Source: a virus. Taken from it: DNA of 64,000 nucleotides. Below are positions 36,493 to 45,592 of the stretch, one piece after another. The stretch spans positions 8,898-72,897 of the IMG/VR virus record IMGVR_UViG_3300032053_000048; one strand, given 5' to 3'. The notes beneath the pieces are model-generated. The model ran no database searches. It had not been told where the DNA came from and saw only the letters and a list, made by a program, of their open reading frames with translations. How positions within the stretch are numbered: the first letter of the stretch is position 1; each line of letters opens with the position of its first letter. Both the position numbers and the translations under genes were made by a program.

Positions 36493-38166
36493 ATGGCAAT
36501 TTCAGCAGGTGATGTGTCCGTTGCAGCAAACGGTAACATCAGATGGACAGGTGGGGCAGCAACCTATACGGTGCTTGAACTTCACAGATATTTACAGGAC
36601 CTCGCAGACCAGGCGGCTGCTTCCGGGGATGATCTTGTTGACATAACAAGTTCAACTCCCTCAGAGCGATCGACAGATAACATTATTACCCTTCTTGGGG
36701 CTTTTAACATAGACGATACTATGGCAGAGCATCTATACGATGGTTCTATATCTCAGGGTTCAGGAGCTATCCTATATTCCGGGCTTGTCGTAGTGGGTTC
36801 TGTTTTTGGGACTACAACACTCCAGATAGTTCAGGATAATACATTGTATAAAGGTGATACACCATTCTGGGGTACTGGACTTAATGCCGATGCCACACAG
36901 AATATCCTGATGAGGTGTTTGATCAAGACAAGAACAGCTTCGGCAGATGTTGATGGTAAGAGAATCAGGATATTTGCCCGGGAGTGGACTCATACCTACG
37001 CAGAATTCTCGGTAACAATGGGACTTGGTAACTCAGTTGCTGCTATTTTTACAAACAGTGATCTGAATAACCAGACAGCATCAGGAACGGTTGCTACATG
37101 GACCACGATTACAAATACTGAAGGTTATCAGACCATTGATCTTGGTAATGGGAATGGTCCCCAGCCTTACTTCTCACAGTGGAACAGGGCTACATATACG
37201 ATCAATCAGCTTTACGAGAGAGCTAAGTATATCACCCGGAGGGGAACTACTGAAACCATTCATGGTATGGATGGCGAACTTTTCAGGGGGATAACCCATC
37301 AGTGGGCGTTTGATAATGAAGGTGGTTCGGGAACTCAATATACAGAGGACGAAATATTATCCTGGGGGACAGGAATTACAGCTGGCTCGGCAATTCTTCT
37401 TGCACTTAACGATACTGGTGCTGCCGGTACAGTATGGGTGCAGCTTACAAAGGGCGTACCCCCAACAGATAACATGGTCGTAACGGGTGCTACATCAAAT
37501 CACACAGCCCAGGTACAGGGAAGCGTTACATCAAGATCACTCTCTCCTGTATTCCTTGGTTCCTCAACCGGTTCCGCAATCATTGGAGCATTTGGTATCG
37601 GTATAGAATCTGCAGACCTGACAGTTAATGATAAGCTTACAGACTTGCTGAACGTACTTCAGCAACCGCCAAACAATGTGTCATTCACAGTAACAGGATT
37701 ATATTATACACCTGGAACTCCTGACCGGGTTCTTGTTGCACCTGCATCGGGAGGAGTAATCCTTTACAGTCAGATGACCCTTAACGGAGCATTAGGTGGA
37801 GGTGAATCAACAATAACTGTTCAGACAGGTACGATTCCCGCAGATACGCCTTCTACTGGTACGATAAGAGTTTTATCAACAGCAGGCGTTTATACAAGAG
37901 TAACATATACCGGTCATACAACAAGTTCATTTACCGGCTGTACTGGTACTCCTGCTGCAAGTAACGGAGCCAATGTGTTTATATCTTACATTGATGCAGC
38001 TGCCACTGCTACTGCGATGTCTGTGACAGTAGTTTATAATGCTGACAGGGATTTATTCGTTAGAGTAAGAAACGGAGGGGCTGCTCCTATAAAAACCTTT
38101 GAATCTCCGGCTCAGATCAAGAGTACAAACCAGTCTGTTGCTGCTATCAGGACCTCAGACTTATAA
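36493..38166 (+). CDS. Structural (tail/appendage) protein
   Basis: 557 aa, G/T-rich; YTVLELHRYLQDLAD and TPSERSTDNIITL motifs. Confidence 0.6.
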   Translation: MAISAGDVSVAANGNIRWTGGAATYTVLELHRYLQDLADQAAASGDDLVDITSSTPSERSTDNIITLLGAFNIDDTMAEHLYDGSISQGSGAILYSGLVVVGSVFGTTTLQIVQDNTLYKGDTPFWGTGLNADATQNILMRCLIKTRTASADVDGKRIRIFAREWTHTYAEFSVTMGLGNSVAAIFTNSDLNNQTASGTVATWTTITNTEGYQTIDLGNGNGPQPYFSQWNRATYTINQLYERAKYITRRGTTETIHGMDGELFRGITHQWAFDNEGGSGTQYTEDEILSWGTGITAGSAILLALNDTGAAGTVWVQLTKGVPPTDNMVVTGATSNHTAQVQGSVTSRSLSPVFLGSSTGSAIIGAFGIGIESADLTVNDKLTDLLNVLQQPPNNVSFTVTGLYYTPGTPDRVLVAPASGGVILYSQMTLNGALGGGESTITVQTGTIPADTPSTGTIRVLSTAGVYTRVTYTGHTTSSFTGCTGTPAASNGANVFISYIDAAATATAMSVTVVYNADRDLFVRVRNGGAAPIKTFESPAQIKSTNQSVAAIRTSDL

Positions 38167-38178
38167 TAACTTGTAGCT

Positions 38179-40041
38179 ATGGCTGCTCCTGTTTACGGTC
38201 ACGACCTCACAGATTGGATTGCTGACAGTGATACTACTGCCTGGGGTGAACTTGTTAATGCCATTTCAGGTGGTGCGCCTGACGAAGCAGATACAGAAAG
38301 TGCTTTACAGGCAACCAACAGTTGTTCACAATCTTGTAATACTACAGGACTATGTTCTATGTGCAGGATACTTGGCAGTCCTGTTACCTTATCTTCTGGT
38401 CAGGTATTTCTTGTATGGCATGGTCATGGTGTTGCTACAGCTATGCTTAGTTATGCTTCTGGAGGTTTAAGGCTTGCAGTTGCCGGAAGTACTCTTACAG
38501 ATTGGAAGGCATGGGCAGTAGGGGGTAATGATGTACCACCTTTCCCCTACTCTAAATGGGTAAATAACCCTATTGACCCAACATTAACTGCGGAATATAC
38601 AAATGGTACTCCACCAACAGGAGGGACGAATATTTATGGAGTTGGAAGTATGTGCCAGTTAAGTGCAGCAGTTGCGAAAGGTCAACCGCATATTGTAGAT
38701 ATAATCAGATATGGCAGGGCAGAGGCAAGGTTCAATGCAGGAGACTCAGGTACTCCCGCTACATTTACAGGTTTTGCTACATCTAATGATGCTCAAACAG
38801 CACGTTGGGGATTGATACAGGCGGTTGCTGGGGGATTCCAATGGAAAGGACTGATGACCCTTGGGTATAGTGCTACAGCGGTTTATATGACTGATAGCAA
38901 CAAGACAATATTTATTCAGGACTGCAGAAAGGTATCCAGTACATTCAATAAGATAGAGGTCAGGGTTGCAACGAGTGTCATTAACTGGACAAACATGACA
39001 TTTAATAATGTTGCCCCTTCAACAAATGCTTCCAAGGGTGATTTCGCAATGATTGATGCTGCCGATGTAAACATAGAATCATGCTCCTTCATTGACATGG
39101 GAACATTCGTATTCCTATCATCAGCAGCTATCAATAAGTCATTATTCCTAAGATGTGGTCAGGTTACTCATGGAGGAGCCGATTTTGATTCCTGTATATT
39201 CAGTGGTTATGAGGGAACTGCCGATACAGGTTATCTGGTCTATAATGTTAATGCCGACCCGGACGGAGAAATAGATAAGTGTTCGTTTGCAAAGGGTACG
39301 GCATCAACCCATGCTATCCAATTTGGAACCAATACTCCCAACACAATAACATTAAGAGGAATAGTGTTCTCTGGATATAATGCCTCAAATGGCAATACAG
39401 ATTCGACACTCTATTTCCCGGATAAGGGCAGTGATACAACATGGACTGTCAACCTGGTTGAGTGTTCCGGGAATATAAGCTATAAAAAAGCAAGGAGTGG
39501 AGATACAGTTAATCTTGTTATAAATCCTGTTACTATTGGTATAACTGTAAAAGACCTTATTACTGGAAATGCAATAACATCTCAGGATGTAAGGGTGTTT
39601 GTTTCTGTTGCAAGCGGAGTCAATTACCCATATAATGCCTCTGTAACAATTACTAACTCAGGAACAACCGCTACAGTAGCTCATACAGGGCATGGTCTTG
39701 TTACTAATGACAAGGTTTGGATTAAGGGAGCCAGTCATTATCAGAATAATGGTGTATTTACGATTACAAAGATTACTGACAACTCATACTCATATACAAT
39801 GAGTTCTGCTCCGGGAAGCGACCCAACAGGTACCATAACTTCTACATTTGTCCCATTGGAGGGGTTAACAAATTCAAGTGGATATATAAGTGCATCAAAA
39901 TCATATTCATCTGATCAGCCTGTTACTGGATGGGCGAGGAAATCATCAGGTACTCCATTGTATAAAACGGGTGCTATTTCAGGTGATATTGATAATGTTG
40001 CAGGAGTTCAGTTGACGGTTTTACTTGCTAAAGACGAATAA
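38179..40041 (+). CDS. Structural protein with beta-helix-like middle and C-terminal FCCH-like domain
   Basis: 620 aa; TATVAHTGHGLVTNDKVWIKGA...NGVFTIT segment. Confidence 0.6.
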   Translation: MAAPVYGHDLTDWIADSDTTAWGELVNAISGGAPDEADTESALQATNSCSQSCNTTGLCSMCRILGSPVTLSSGQVFLVWHGHGVATAMLSYASGGLRLAVAGSTLTDWKAWAVGGNDVPPFPYSKWVNNPIDPTLTAEYTNGTPPTGGTNIYGVGSMCQLSAAVAKGQPHIVDIIRYGRAEARFNAGDSGTPATFTGFATSNDAQTARWGLIQAVAGGFQWKGLMTLGYSATAVYMTDSNKTIFIQDCRKVSSTFNKIEVRVATSVINWTNMTFNNVAPSTNASKGDFAMIDAADVNIESCSFIDMGTFVFLSSAAINKSLFLRCGQVTHGGADFDSCIFSGYEGTADTGYLVYNVNADPDGEIDKCSFAKGTASTHAIQFGTNTPNTITLRGIVFSGYNASNGNTDSTLYFPDKGSDTTWTVNLVECSGNISYKKARSGDTVNLVINPVTIGITVKDLITGNAITSQDVRVFVSVASGVNYPYNASVTITNSGTTATVAHTGHGLVTNDKVWIKGASHYQNNGVFTITKITDNSYSYTMSSAPGSDPTGTITSTFVPLEGLTNSSGYISASKSYSSDQPVTGWARKSSGTPLYKTGAISGDIDNVAGVQLTVLLAKDE

Positions 40042-40042
40042 A

Positions 40043-40216
40043 ATGATACCAGACGGAATGTATAGAGTGGTCTGTTCGCATTGCGGAACTCCATTCATAG
40101 TGGACAAACATGAGGCTTTTTTTAGCCCCGAAAAATGCCCTGGCTGTAACTTTGAGATTATTATGCTGGAAGTACCAGATGACGGTTCAAGAGTGGTTGC
40201 AATAGTAGAGGCATGA
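40043..40216 (+). CDS. Small zinc-ribbon protein
   Basis: CSHC...CPGC; ATG 40043 follows the upstream stop. Confidence 0.5.
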   Translation: MIPDGMYRVVCSHCGTPFIVDKHEAFFSPEKCPGCNFEIIMLEVPDDGSRVVAIVEA

Positions 40217-40503
40217 AGAACAGGGAGCAGCTTGAGCAAGAAATAGTCTTGTTGAACTTACAGGTGAATAATGCCATTGCTGAGATAAGGAGGCTTATTA
40301 ATGATAATAATGTTCTGAGGAATCTTTATAATACTGAGGCTGGTCGGACAAAACAATTAAAGGACCAGGAGGTGATTAAGAATGATATTATCCAGAAACA
40401 GATGGATAGGTCCAATGCTGAAAATAATAGATTGCTTGAACAGATAGAATTTCTGACAAAAAAACTAAGGGGATATGGCTATAACGATAAATTGGGCGAC
40501 TAA
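40213..40503 (+). CDS. Hypothetical coiled-coil protein
   Basis: 96-aa heptad-rich ORF. Confidence 0.55.
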   Translation: MKNREQLEQEIVLLNLQVNNAIAEIRRLINDNNVLRNLYNTEAGRTKQLKDQEVIKNDIIQKQMDRSNAENNRLLEQIEFLTKKLRGYGYNDKLGD

Positions 40504-41005
40504 GGTAATATCGATACCAAAGAATTACCTCACTCTTATCTCCGGTACATTATATGAGCTGGACACAGAGCAGTTCCGTAGTGATCTTAAAGACTTGGAG
40601 GATGGAGCCGAGGGTATGGTATATCCTGATACCCACCGACATAATACAGAGGTTACAGTTGCCGGTGTTACTTATGCCAGGGTTATAGAGATTATAAACG
40701 GATATTCTATCACTTTTGAAGATGATCATTACACTGTGCGACTTGCAGGGTCGAATAATAACATTTTCGATGTTGAAAATGGGATACTTAATCAGAATAG
40801 TGTCAGTGTTATCGCCGGAAACTCTGCAGGGTTAATTGTTAAGACTGTTGGTTCAGGAGTGACCGAGCAGGATAAGCTTGATATTGCAGACAGGGTACTT
40901 GATGAGATTGCTGCAGACCATGAGGGTGTTGGGAGTGTAGGCAAGATACTTAAAGATACGAAGGCAGGGGTTGATGATGCACAGGGATTGATTCTCGCAA
41001 TATAA
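40475..41005 (+). CDS. Hypothetical structural protein (last gene of the late operon)
   Basis: 176 aa; ends just before the terminator. Confidence 0.6.
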   Translation: MAITINWATKVISIPKNYLTLISGTLYELDTEQFRSDLKDLEDGAEGMVYPDTHRHNTEVTVAGVTYARVIEIINGYSITFEDDHYTVRLAGSNNNIFDVENGILNQNSVSVIAGNSAGLIVKTVGSGVTEQDKLDIADRVLDEIAADHEGVGSVGKILKDTKAGVDDAQGLILAI

Positions 41006-41084
41006 CGGAAAACCCGGACCTGAATCCGGGTTTTCTTTCACTACACATCTGACGGACGAATAGCGGGAGCTTGTCGCTCCAGAG
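41004..41084 (-). ncRNA. Candidate trans-acting small RNA (~80 nt) antisense to start regions of early genes
   Basis: Own TATCTTTG box (41089-41096), 5' hairpin GGAGC-GACAA-GCUCC, unpaired seed UUCGUCCGUCAGAUGUGUAGU, terminator; seed complementary to ~9 start-codon regions. Ends are approximate. Confidence 0.6.
41008..41035. terminator. Bidirectional intrinsic terminator at the convergence of the two arms
   Basis: GAAAACCCGGA-cctgaa-TCCGGGTTTTC 11-bp stem with T runs on both strands. Confidence 0.85.
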
Positions 41085-41088
41085 GTTA

Positions 41089-41096
41089 CAAAGATA
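41089..41096 (-). promoter_or_regulatory. Bacteroidota -7 promoter box TATCTTTG driving the candidate sRNA
   Basis: Perfect TAnnTTTG preceded by an AT-rich tract; no ORF between it and the terminator. Confidence 0.6.
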
Positions 41097-41113
41097 GTAA
41101 AAATATGATTAGA

Positions 41114-41536
41114 TCATAGGTAATTTTTTACTTTCTTCCAATATTCCCACGTCTTAGGACCTGAACCATTCCAGTCCCTTGCGATCTTACCCGGGTCTCT
41201 GTAGCCTATCTCAATGGCATAGTGTAAGAATACTCTCTCTGCTTTTTGATAGTTTAGCATATCACCCAAGGTGTACTTGATTCCGGTTCGCTCGTAATAA
41301 TCATCTAATCGAACCTGCCGTATTTGAAAATACCCATAAGCTTGTTCGATCTTGTTTACTGCGAGTGTATCCATCGCTCCGGTAACAGGATTCCCTACCT
41401 CAACCATGCCGATAGCATATTTCAGGGATATGTAGGGATTGATACCTTGAGAGGTCTCCAGATAAAGAGATCTCCATTCAGGAGCGAAAACCGTCATAGA
41501 TACCAGTAGTAAAATAACTGTTAAGATTACTTTCAT
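41114..41536 (-). CDS. Signal-peptide-bearing lysozyme / lytic transglycosylase-like protein
   Basis: AIGMVE (candidate catalytic Glu), AYGYFQI, ARDWNG and YWKKVK motifs; hydrophobic leader. Confidence 0.7.
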   Translation of the reverse strand: MKVILTVILLLVSMTVFAPEWRSLYLETSQGINPYISLKYAIGMVEVGNPVTGAMDTLAVNKIEQAYGYFQIRQVRLDDYYERTGIKYTLGDMLNYQKAERVFLHYAIEIGYRDPGKIARDWNGSGPKTWEYWKKVKNYL

Positions 41537-41561
41537 CTTGGTTCTGTATTGGTTACGGGTG

Positions 41562-41569
41562 CAAATATA
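41562..41569 (-). promoter_or_regulatory. -7 promoter box TATATTTG upstream of the lysozyme-like gene
   Basis: Matches TAnnTTTG, 25 nt upstream of ATG 41536. Confidence 0.55.
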
Positions 41570-41570
41570 A

Positions 41571-42092
41571 TCATTTTCCCTCTTTTCCTTCTCCGAGCAT
41601 TAACTTTGAGTTCATCAGAGTAATGTCGATCATATTATCAACACTGTCAATAAGCCGGTCCAGAGAGGTATTACTTCCGATCTGGATTTTCAGGAGCAGC
41701 GTTTCTTTCTGAGCAAATAGAGCATCTTTCTTTTTCTGGATTTCGGCCTTTTTTGTTTCGTATTCCTCCTTTGCTTTTAAATAGGCATCAGGATAGATAA
41801 AGAGTTCATTAGCCTGTAATGACACTGAATGATACGTTTCATTATCAGAAGAATATCGGGAATACTTCTCATGCACAAGTGATTCTCCATTTCCTAATCT
41901 TAGAACCCGCTGCCTAACAGCATTTCCTATTTCTTCAATGGACCTCATCTTAACTGAGCCATCAAGTACGGCTGCAACGAGATAATTATTCAGGGAAGGT
42001 TCTTTGGGCTTTCCCTCATCGAGCTTCCTTTCCTCGTCCCTGTAGGTCTGCTCGACTCTTGCGATTAAGAATTTTCTCTGGTCTTGGTTCAT
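41571..42092 (-). CDS. Hypothetical protein
   Basis: 173-aa ORF, coupled to the upstream gene. Confidence 0.6.
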   Translation of the reverse strand: MNQDQRKFLIARVEQTYRDEERKLDEGKPKEPSLNNYLVAAVLDGSVKMRSIEEIGNAVRQRVLRLGNGESLVHEKYSRYSSDNETYHSVSLQANELFIYPDAYLKAKEEYETKKAEIQKKKDALFAQKETLLLKIQIGSNTSLDRLIDSVDNMIDITLMNSKLMLGEGKEGK

Positions 42093-42517
42093 ATCTTCTT
42101 GGATTGAATTTCAACAATGATCTTGATGTTATCCGGGACACATCTTGCAGCTTCGTTAATCAGACTCCAGAAGGTATTTTGTATAGCAGCTTCATTGGCG
42201 ATCTCCCTTTGAGTTTCTTTTTTAGGTGGGTCGTATTCTCTCTTTGGGTCTATCGGTATTTGTTCTTCAACTGACTCCGGTGGAGGACCAGCATCAATGT
42301 AATCTGCATCCGACTGATGCTTCTTGTTAAAATCCTGAATAGCTCCAAGAGTTGAAGCTCGGAGGCCTTTCAGGTCCTGAATTGGTACCGTAAGGGCTTT
42401 CACAACAGAAGGCTCTGATAAACCTATCTCTCCGGCGATCTGTTTACGTGTCATTTGCTTGCTATCTAAGAAAGTCTTGCAAATGCGTCTGAATTTGATA
42501 ATGTCATCTCTATCCAT
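42089..42517 (-). CDS. HTH (XRE-like) transcription regulator
   Basis: MTRKQIAGEIGLSEPSVVKAL HTH pattern. Confidence 0.6.
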   Translation of the reverse strand: MDRDDIIKFRRICKTFLDSKQMTRKQIAGEIGLSEPSVVKALTVPIQDLKGLRASTLGAIQDFNKKHQSDADYIDAGPPPESVEEQIPIDPKREYDPPKKETQREIANEAAIQNTFWSLINEAARCVPDNIKIIVEIQSKKI

Positions 42518-42518
42518 A

Positions 42519-43241
42519 TTATTTAGTGTTAAGTATGTGACCTATGATTCCTTCAGTGATTACCGCTCTCTGGAAGGTATATTTCCATACCCAGGGATTT
42601 GATGGCCATGAGTCAAAACCATGAATTGTTATCCATTTGTTTTGAAACATCGCCACGCAGTTATATTCGGGAGAATCACTGACTCCCTCGCACCAGGCAT
42701 CCTCATTGGTGATATCCTGTAGATGCTGTATTTCTACCTTGGTGATCTGAATAAGGTGTCTGGCAGCTCTCTCGGGCATGAATAACTTATTCTGCCATTT
42801 GTATTGAGTATAACCCCTTTCATAATGGAACTGCCTGAACAGGTCAGTATCCTTGTCGATACCGTACTTGTAGCAGAATCTCTTTGATGGACCGCTGCAG
42901 TGTTCTGGTTCCCACACGAAGAATGGTTCTTTTAGATACAGAAAATCTCCCGGCTGGTACCTTGATCTAACATAAGAGTTATCGAAATAGAACTGATCTC
43001 CCTCGAATAGTCCGTAAGTCCCTTTAAAGGTTACCAACTTCGGCTCTCCATCCTTGTCGCAGATCATTTCTCCATTCTTATCAAGTTTAAAGCAGTCTGT
43101 AGGGTCAGTCTCCATGCCCTCAAATGTAGGTTGCGACCAAAAGGTATAATCCGTATTCGGGAAGATTATCCTCCTCGTCTGTGTCTTGGACCCATTCACA
43201 ACCTTGTGGAACAGGTCCTCTTTAAAACATATTCCTTTCAT
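42519..43241 (-). CDS. ASCH-domain protein
   Basis: GSKTQTRR, LYLKEP, LFMP, EDAWCEG and NPWVW motifs. Confidence 0.75.
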   Translation of the reverse strand: MKGICFKEDLFHKVVNGSKTQTRRIIFPNTDYTFWSQPTFEGMETDPTDCFKLDKNGEMICDKDGEPKLVTFKGTYGLFEGDQFYFDNSYVRSRYQPGDFLYLKEPFFVWEPEHCSGPSKRFCYKYGIDKDTDLFRQFHYERGYTQYKWQNKLFMPERAARHLIQITKVEIQHLQDITNEDAWCEGVSDSPEYNCVAMFQNKWITIHGFDSWPSNPWVWKYTFQRAVITEGIIGHILNTK

Positions 43242-43486
43242 TCTTCTATCTCTTTAAATTCAACTTTAATAAACGGCTGTGGTCCATCCGGTAGTGGTCG
43301 GCGAGAAGGAATCCATCGGGAACCATAACGATAGCGATATTTCCCAAAGTGGCCTCCTTTATGTATTGCCATTTCCTTTTTGTGATTCTCAAAGAGTTTC
43401 TTGGCAAAGGAAAGGGCTTTTTTCTCTGTCATTGGGAGCTCAATAGTCCCCTGGTGCGTTTCAGCTTTTAACAGTATTTTCTTCAT
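43238..43486 (-). CDS. Hypothetical protein
   Basis: ATG 43486 (or 43495), preceded by GACGGAC. Confidence 0.5.
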   Translation of the reverse strand: MKKILLKAETHQGTIELPMTEKKALSFAKKLFENHKKEMAIHKGGHFGKYRYRYGSRWIPSRRPLPDGPQPFIKVEFKEIEE

Positions 43487-43682
43487 GTCCGTCATTTTTA
43501 GTTAATATTTCAAGTAGTGTTGCCTGGCAGAGCTTGTGTTCCTTTATGAATTGCTTGGCCATCACCCCGAACATATCTATTGATATCGGGAGTGGTAACT
43601 TCATGGACCGCTTACACCTGTTACACAAGAATCCTCCAGTTACGGGGTCCATCACAAGGTAGTCATACTTTCTTTTTGTCAT
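43461..43682 (-). CDS. Small Cys/His (Zn-binding) protein
   Basis: CNRC...HKLC. Confidence 0.5.
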   Translation of the reverse strand: MTKRKYDYLVMDPVTGGFLCNRCKRSMKLPLPISIDMFGVMAKQFIKEHKLCQATLLEILTKNDGHEENTVKS

Positions 43683-44532
43683 AAGGGAATTCTTTAAACC
43701 GGTGAAAAGGCGTATTTCCCATAAGGTTGATCTTGTTCCAGCTGGAGATCACTTTCTTATTCCAGTACGTTCCCCAGGACTTGAAGAAGAACGGTACATT
43801 ATGTTTCTGGCAGTCATTAAAGACTTTCAGAGCCCAATCTGGTTGCATTGGCCTTGCCTTAGGACCAGTTTCTCCACCGAGAATGACCCAATCAATCCCC
43901 AGGAACCTCTTATCATCATGCGGAGCTGTGAATATACCGGTCAAGCCATTGATGATAAAATCGCTGCTCTCCTGAGGCAGATATGTAAGGTCTATTTCGT
44001 CCAGCATTGGTTCGATGCTGATATACCTACAGACTGCAGGAGTGTTAAGCAGTATCGGTATCTTAAAGTTTGCCTCCTCCTGGTTGCAGATTGTAACTCC
44101 GATCCAGACGTTAGGCAGGACTTTACCGTACCGCTCCATGAAGATATTCATTTCTACTGGTCTCTTGGTCAGCATTTGGAATGTGTGTTGAGGACATTTC
44201 TCCATGACTTTAAATAACTCAAAGAGGTCCTGATTACCTTGGCCTGTCCGAGCATGGAAGAAAACATCGGTCATTGAACCTACAAATATCTTCCGGGATT
44301 TCTTCCATTCATAAGGCTGAAGCATCACTTCATAGTCACAATGAGTGTTCCAACTCCATGTTCCATCGAGGTCAGTTACCTCCCGGTAACGTTCTCCAAC
44401 CGTATTATTAATCGACCTGAGTCTGTTTGCCATTTTCTCAGCATAGCAGTTCTGGCATCCCGGGCTGATCTTATGACAGCCTATAATCGGGTTCCAGCTG
44501 AAATCCGTCCATTGAATAGAGCTTATTCCCAT
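43663..44532 (-). CDS. DUF5131 / phage Gp37Gp68 family (radical-SAM-like) protein
   Basis: IQWTDFSWNPIIGC...SPGCQNCYA, FVGSMTDVF, LTKRP, SIEPML, WVILGGETG and PFFFK motifs. Confidence 0.88.
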   Translation of the reverse strand: MGISSIQWTDFSWNPIIGCHKISPGCQNCYAEKMANRLRSINNTVGERYREVTDLDGTWSWNTHCDYEVMLQPYEWKKSRKIFVGSMTDVFFHARTGQGNQDLFELFKVMEKCPQHTFQMLTKRPVEMNIFMERYGKVLPNVWIGVTICNQEEANFKIPILLNTPAVCRYISIEPMLDEIDLTYLPQESSDFIINGLTGIFTAPHDDKRFLGIDWVILGGETGPKARPMQPDWALKVFNDCQKHNVPFFFKSWGTYWNKKVISSWNKINLMGNTPFHRFKEFPYDKKKV

Positions 44533-44735
44533 AGTTTTTTGATTCTATTAATTACTTTCTGCATTACGGTGCCGACAATAAAAGATGCAACTAAAAATGT
44601 TATGATTACTGCAGCTGGCAGAATCGAGTTAAACAATTCGATGTAGATTACAAACATTACCCCTGCAGCTGCAAGGATGATCGCTACCATCAATCCGATG
44701 ATAAGCAAGACAGTGATTATGATTTTATTTCTCAT
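44523..44735 (-). CDS. Small membrane protein (2 TM)
   Basis: Two hydrophobic helices. Confidence 0.55.
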   Translation of the reverse strand: MRNKIIITVLLIIGLMVAIILAAAGVMFVIYIELFNSILPAAVIITFLVASFIVGTVMQKVINRIKKLWE

Positions 44736-44768
44736 TCTGTTTTGGTTTTATTAGACCATCACGATAGG

Positions 44769-45269
44769 CTAAAAATCTATTGAATGCCATTTGAATAATC
44801 TTTCTAAAACAGTTTGTATCCTTGCGTATGCCTCCTTTTTACCTTGATAAAATTCTTTATGCTCTCCTTGTGAATTACCCACTACCATACGTCTTTTATA
44901 ATCTAAAGCATCATCCTTTACTTCTTTATAAATATCCATTAAATTACTTATAAAACTTTTTCCAATAGCAGTCTCTTCGTCACTCAAAGGAGTGTTTATC
45001 TCTTTGGCGGGTTGGTCATCATCCATGCCATCATTAATTATGATTTCATCTGATTTATCAATAATACCATGTTCGGCAATCTTTTTGAATATATCAGCAT
45101 TTGTAGGAGTATAGGGTATTGAATATTTTTTATCGTCACTCTCTTGCCCTGCGAGTTCGGATGCAATAGAATAAATGTCATTTTCATCCCATATCACATA
45201 AATATCTCCATCAGCATGAATATATTTTCGCAATATCTCAATTATTCTCTCTTTGGTTAGTGTTTTCAT
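44769..45269 (-). CDS. Hypothetical protein, MKTLT-module family
   Basis: Shares MKTLT, ELAGQESD and PAK modules with neighbours. Confidence 0.6.
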   Translation of the reverse strand: MKTLTKERIIEILRKYIHADGDIYVIWDENDIYSIASELAGQESDDKKYSIPYTPTNADIFKKIAEHGIIDKSDEIIINDGMDDDQPAKEINTPLSDEETAIGKSFISNLMDIYKEVKDDALDYKRRMVVGNSQGEHKEFYQGKKEAYARIQTVLERLFKWHSIDF

Positions 45270-45312
45270 CTCTCTCTTTATTTAGTTATTTGCTTTAGCG
45301 GGTTCATTAGTA

Positions 45313-45591
45313 TTATTTCGTTAGTTTGTTTCTCATCCATTTATTACATATCCCAAAACGTATATCAACTTCATTATAAAGACATGGTGGTTCATATATT
45401 CTGCGTTTAGGGTATTTTTTTCTGTACAATTTTTTCATTAAAATACATTGCCATCCAGGAATATAAGCACCTTCTCTACTAATTAATCCATGAATACAGT
45501 TACCACATCTTTTTTTAGGCGTAATGGGTTCGTTATAATTTAATTCAGGGAAGATGTCTTTTGGATATACCCAATAATCATCTGTTTTCAT
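45313..45591 (-). CDS. Small Cys-rich hypothetical protein
   Basis: CGNC...C...C...C. Confidence 0.5.
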   Translation of the reverse strand: MKTDDYWVYPKDIFPELNYNEPITPKKRCGNCIHGLISREGAYIPGWQCILMKKLYRKKYPKRRIYEPPCLYNEVDIRFGICNKWMRNKLTK

Positions 45592-45592
45592 G

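Noticed and set aside
22038-41005. Diversity-generating retroelement acting on tail fibres
   Set aside because: No reverse transcriptase in the window, and I saw no TR/VR pair differing only at adenines; the fibre repeats differ at mixed bases.
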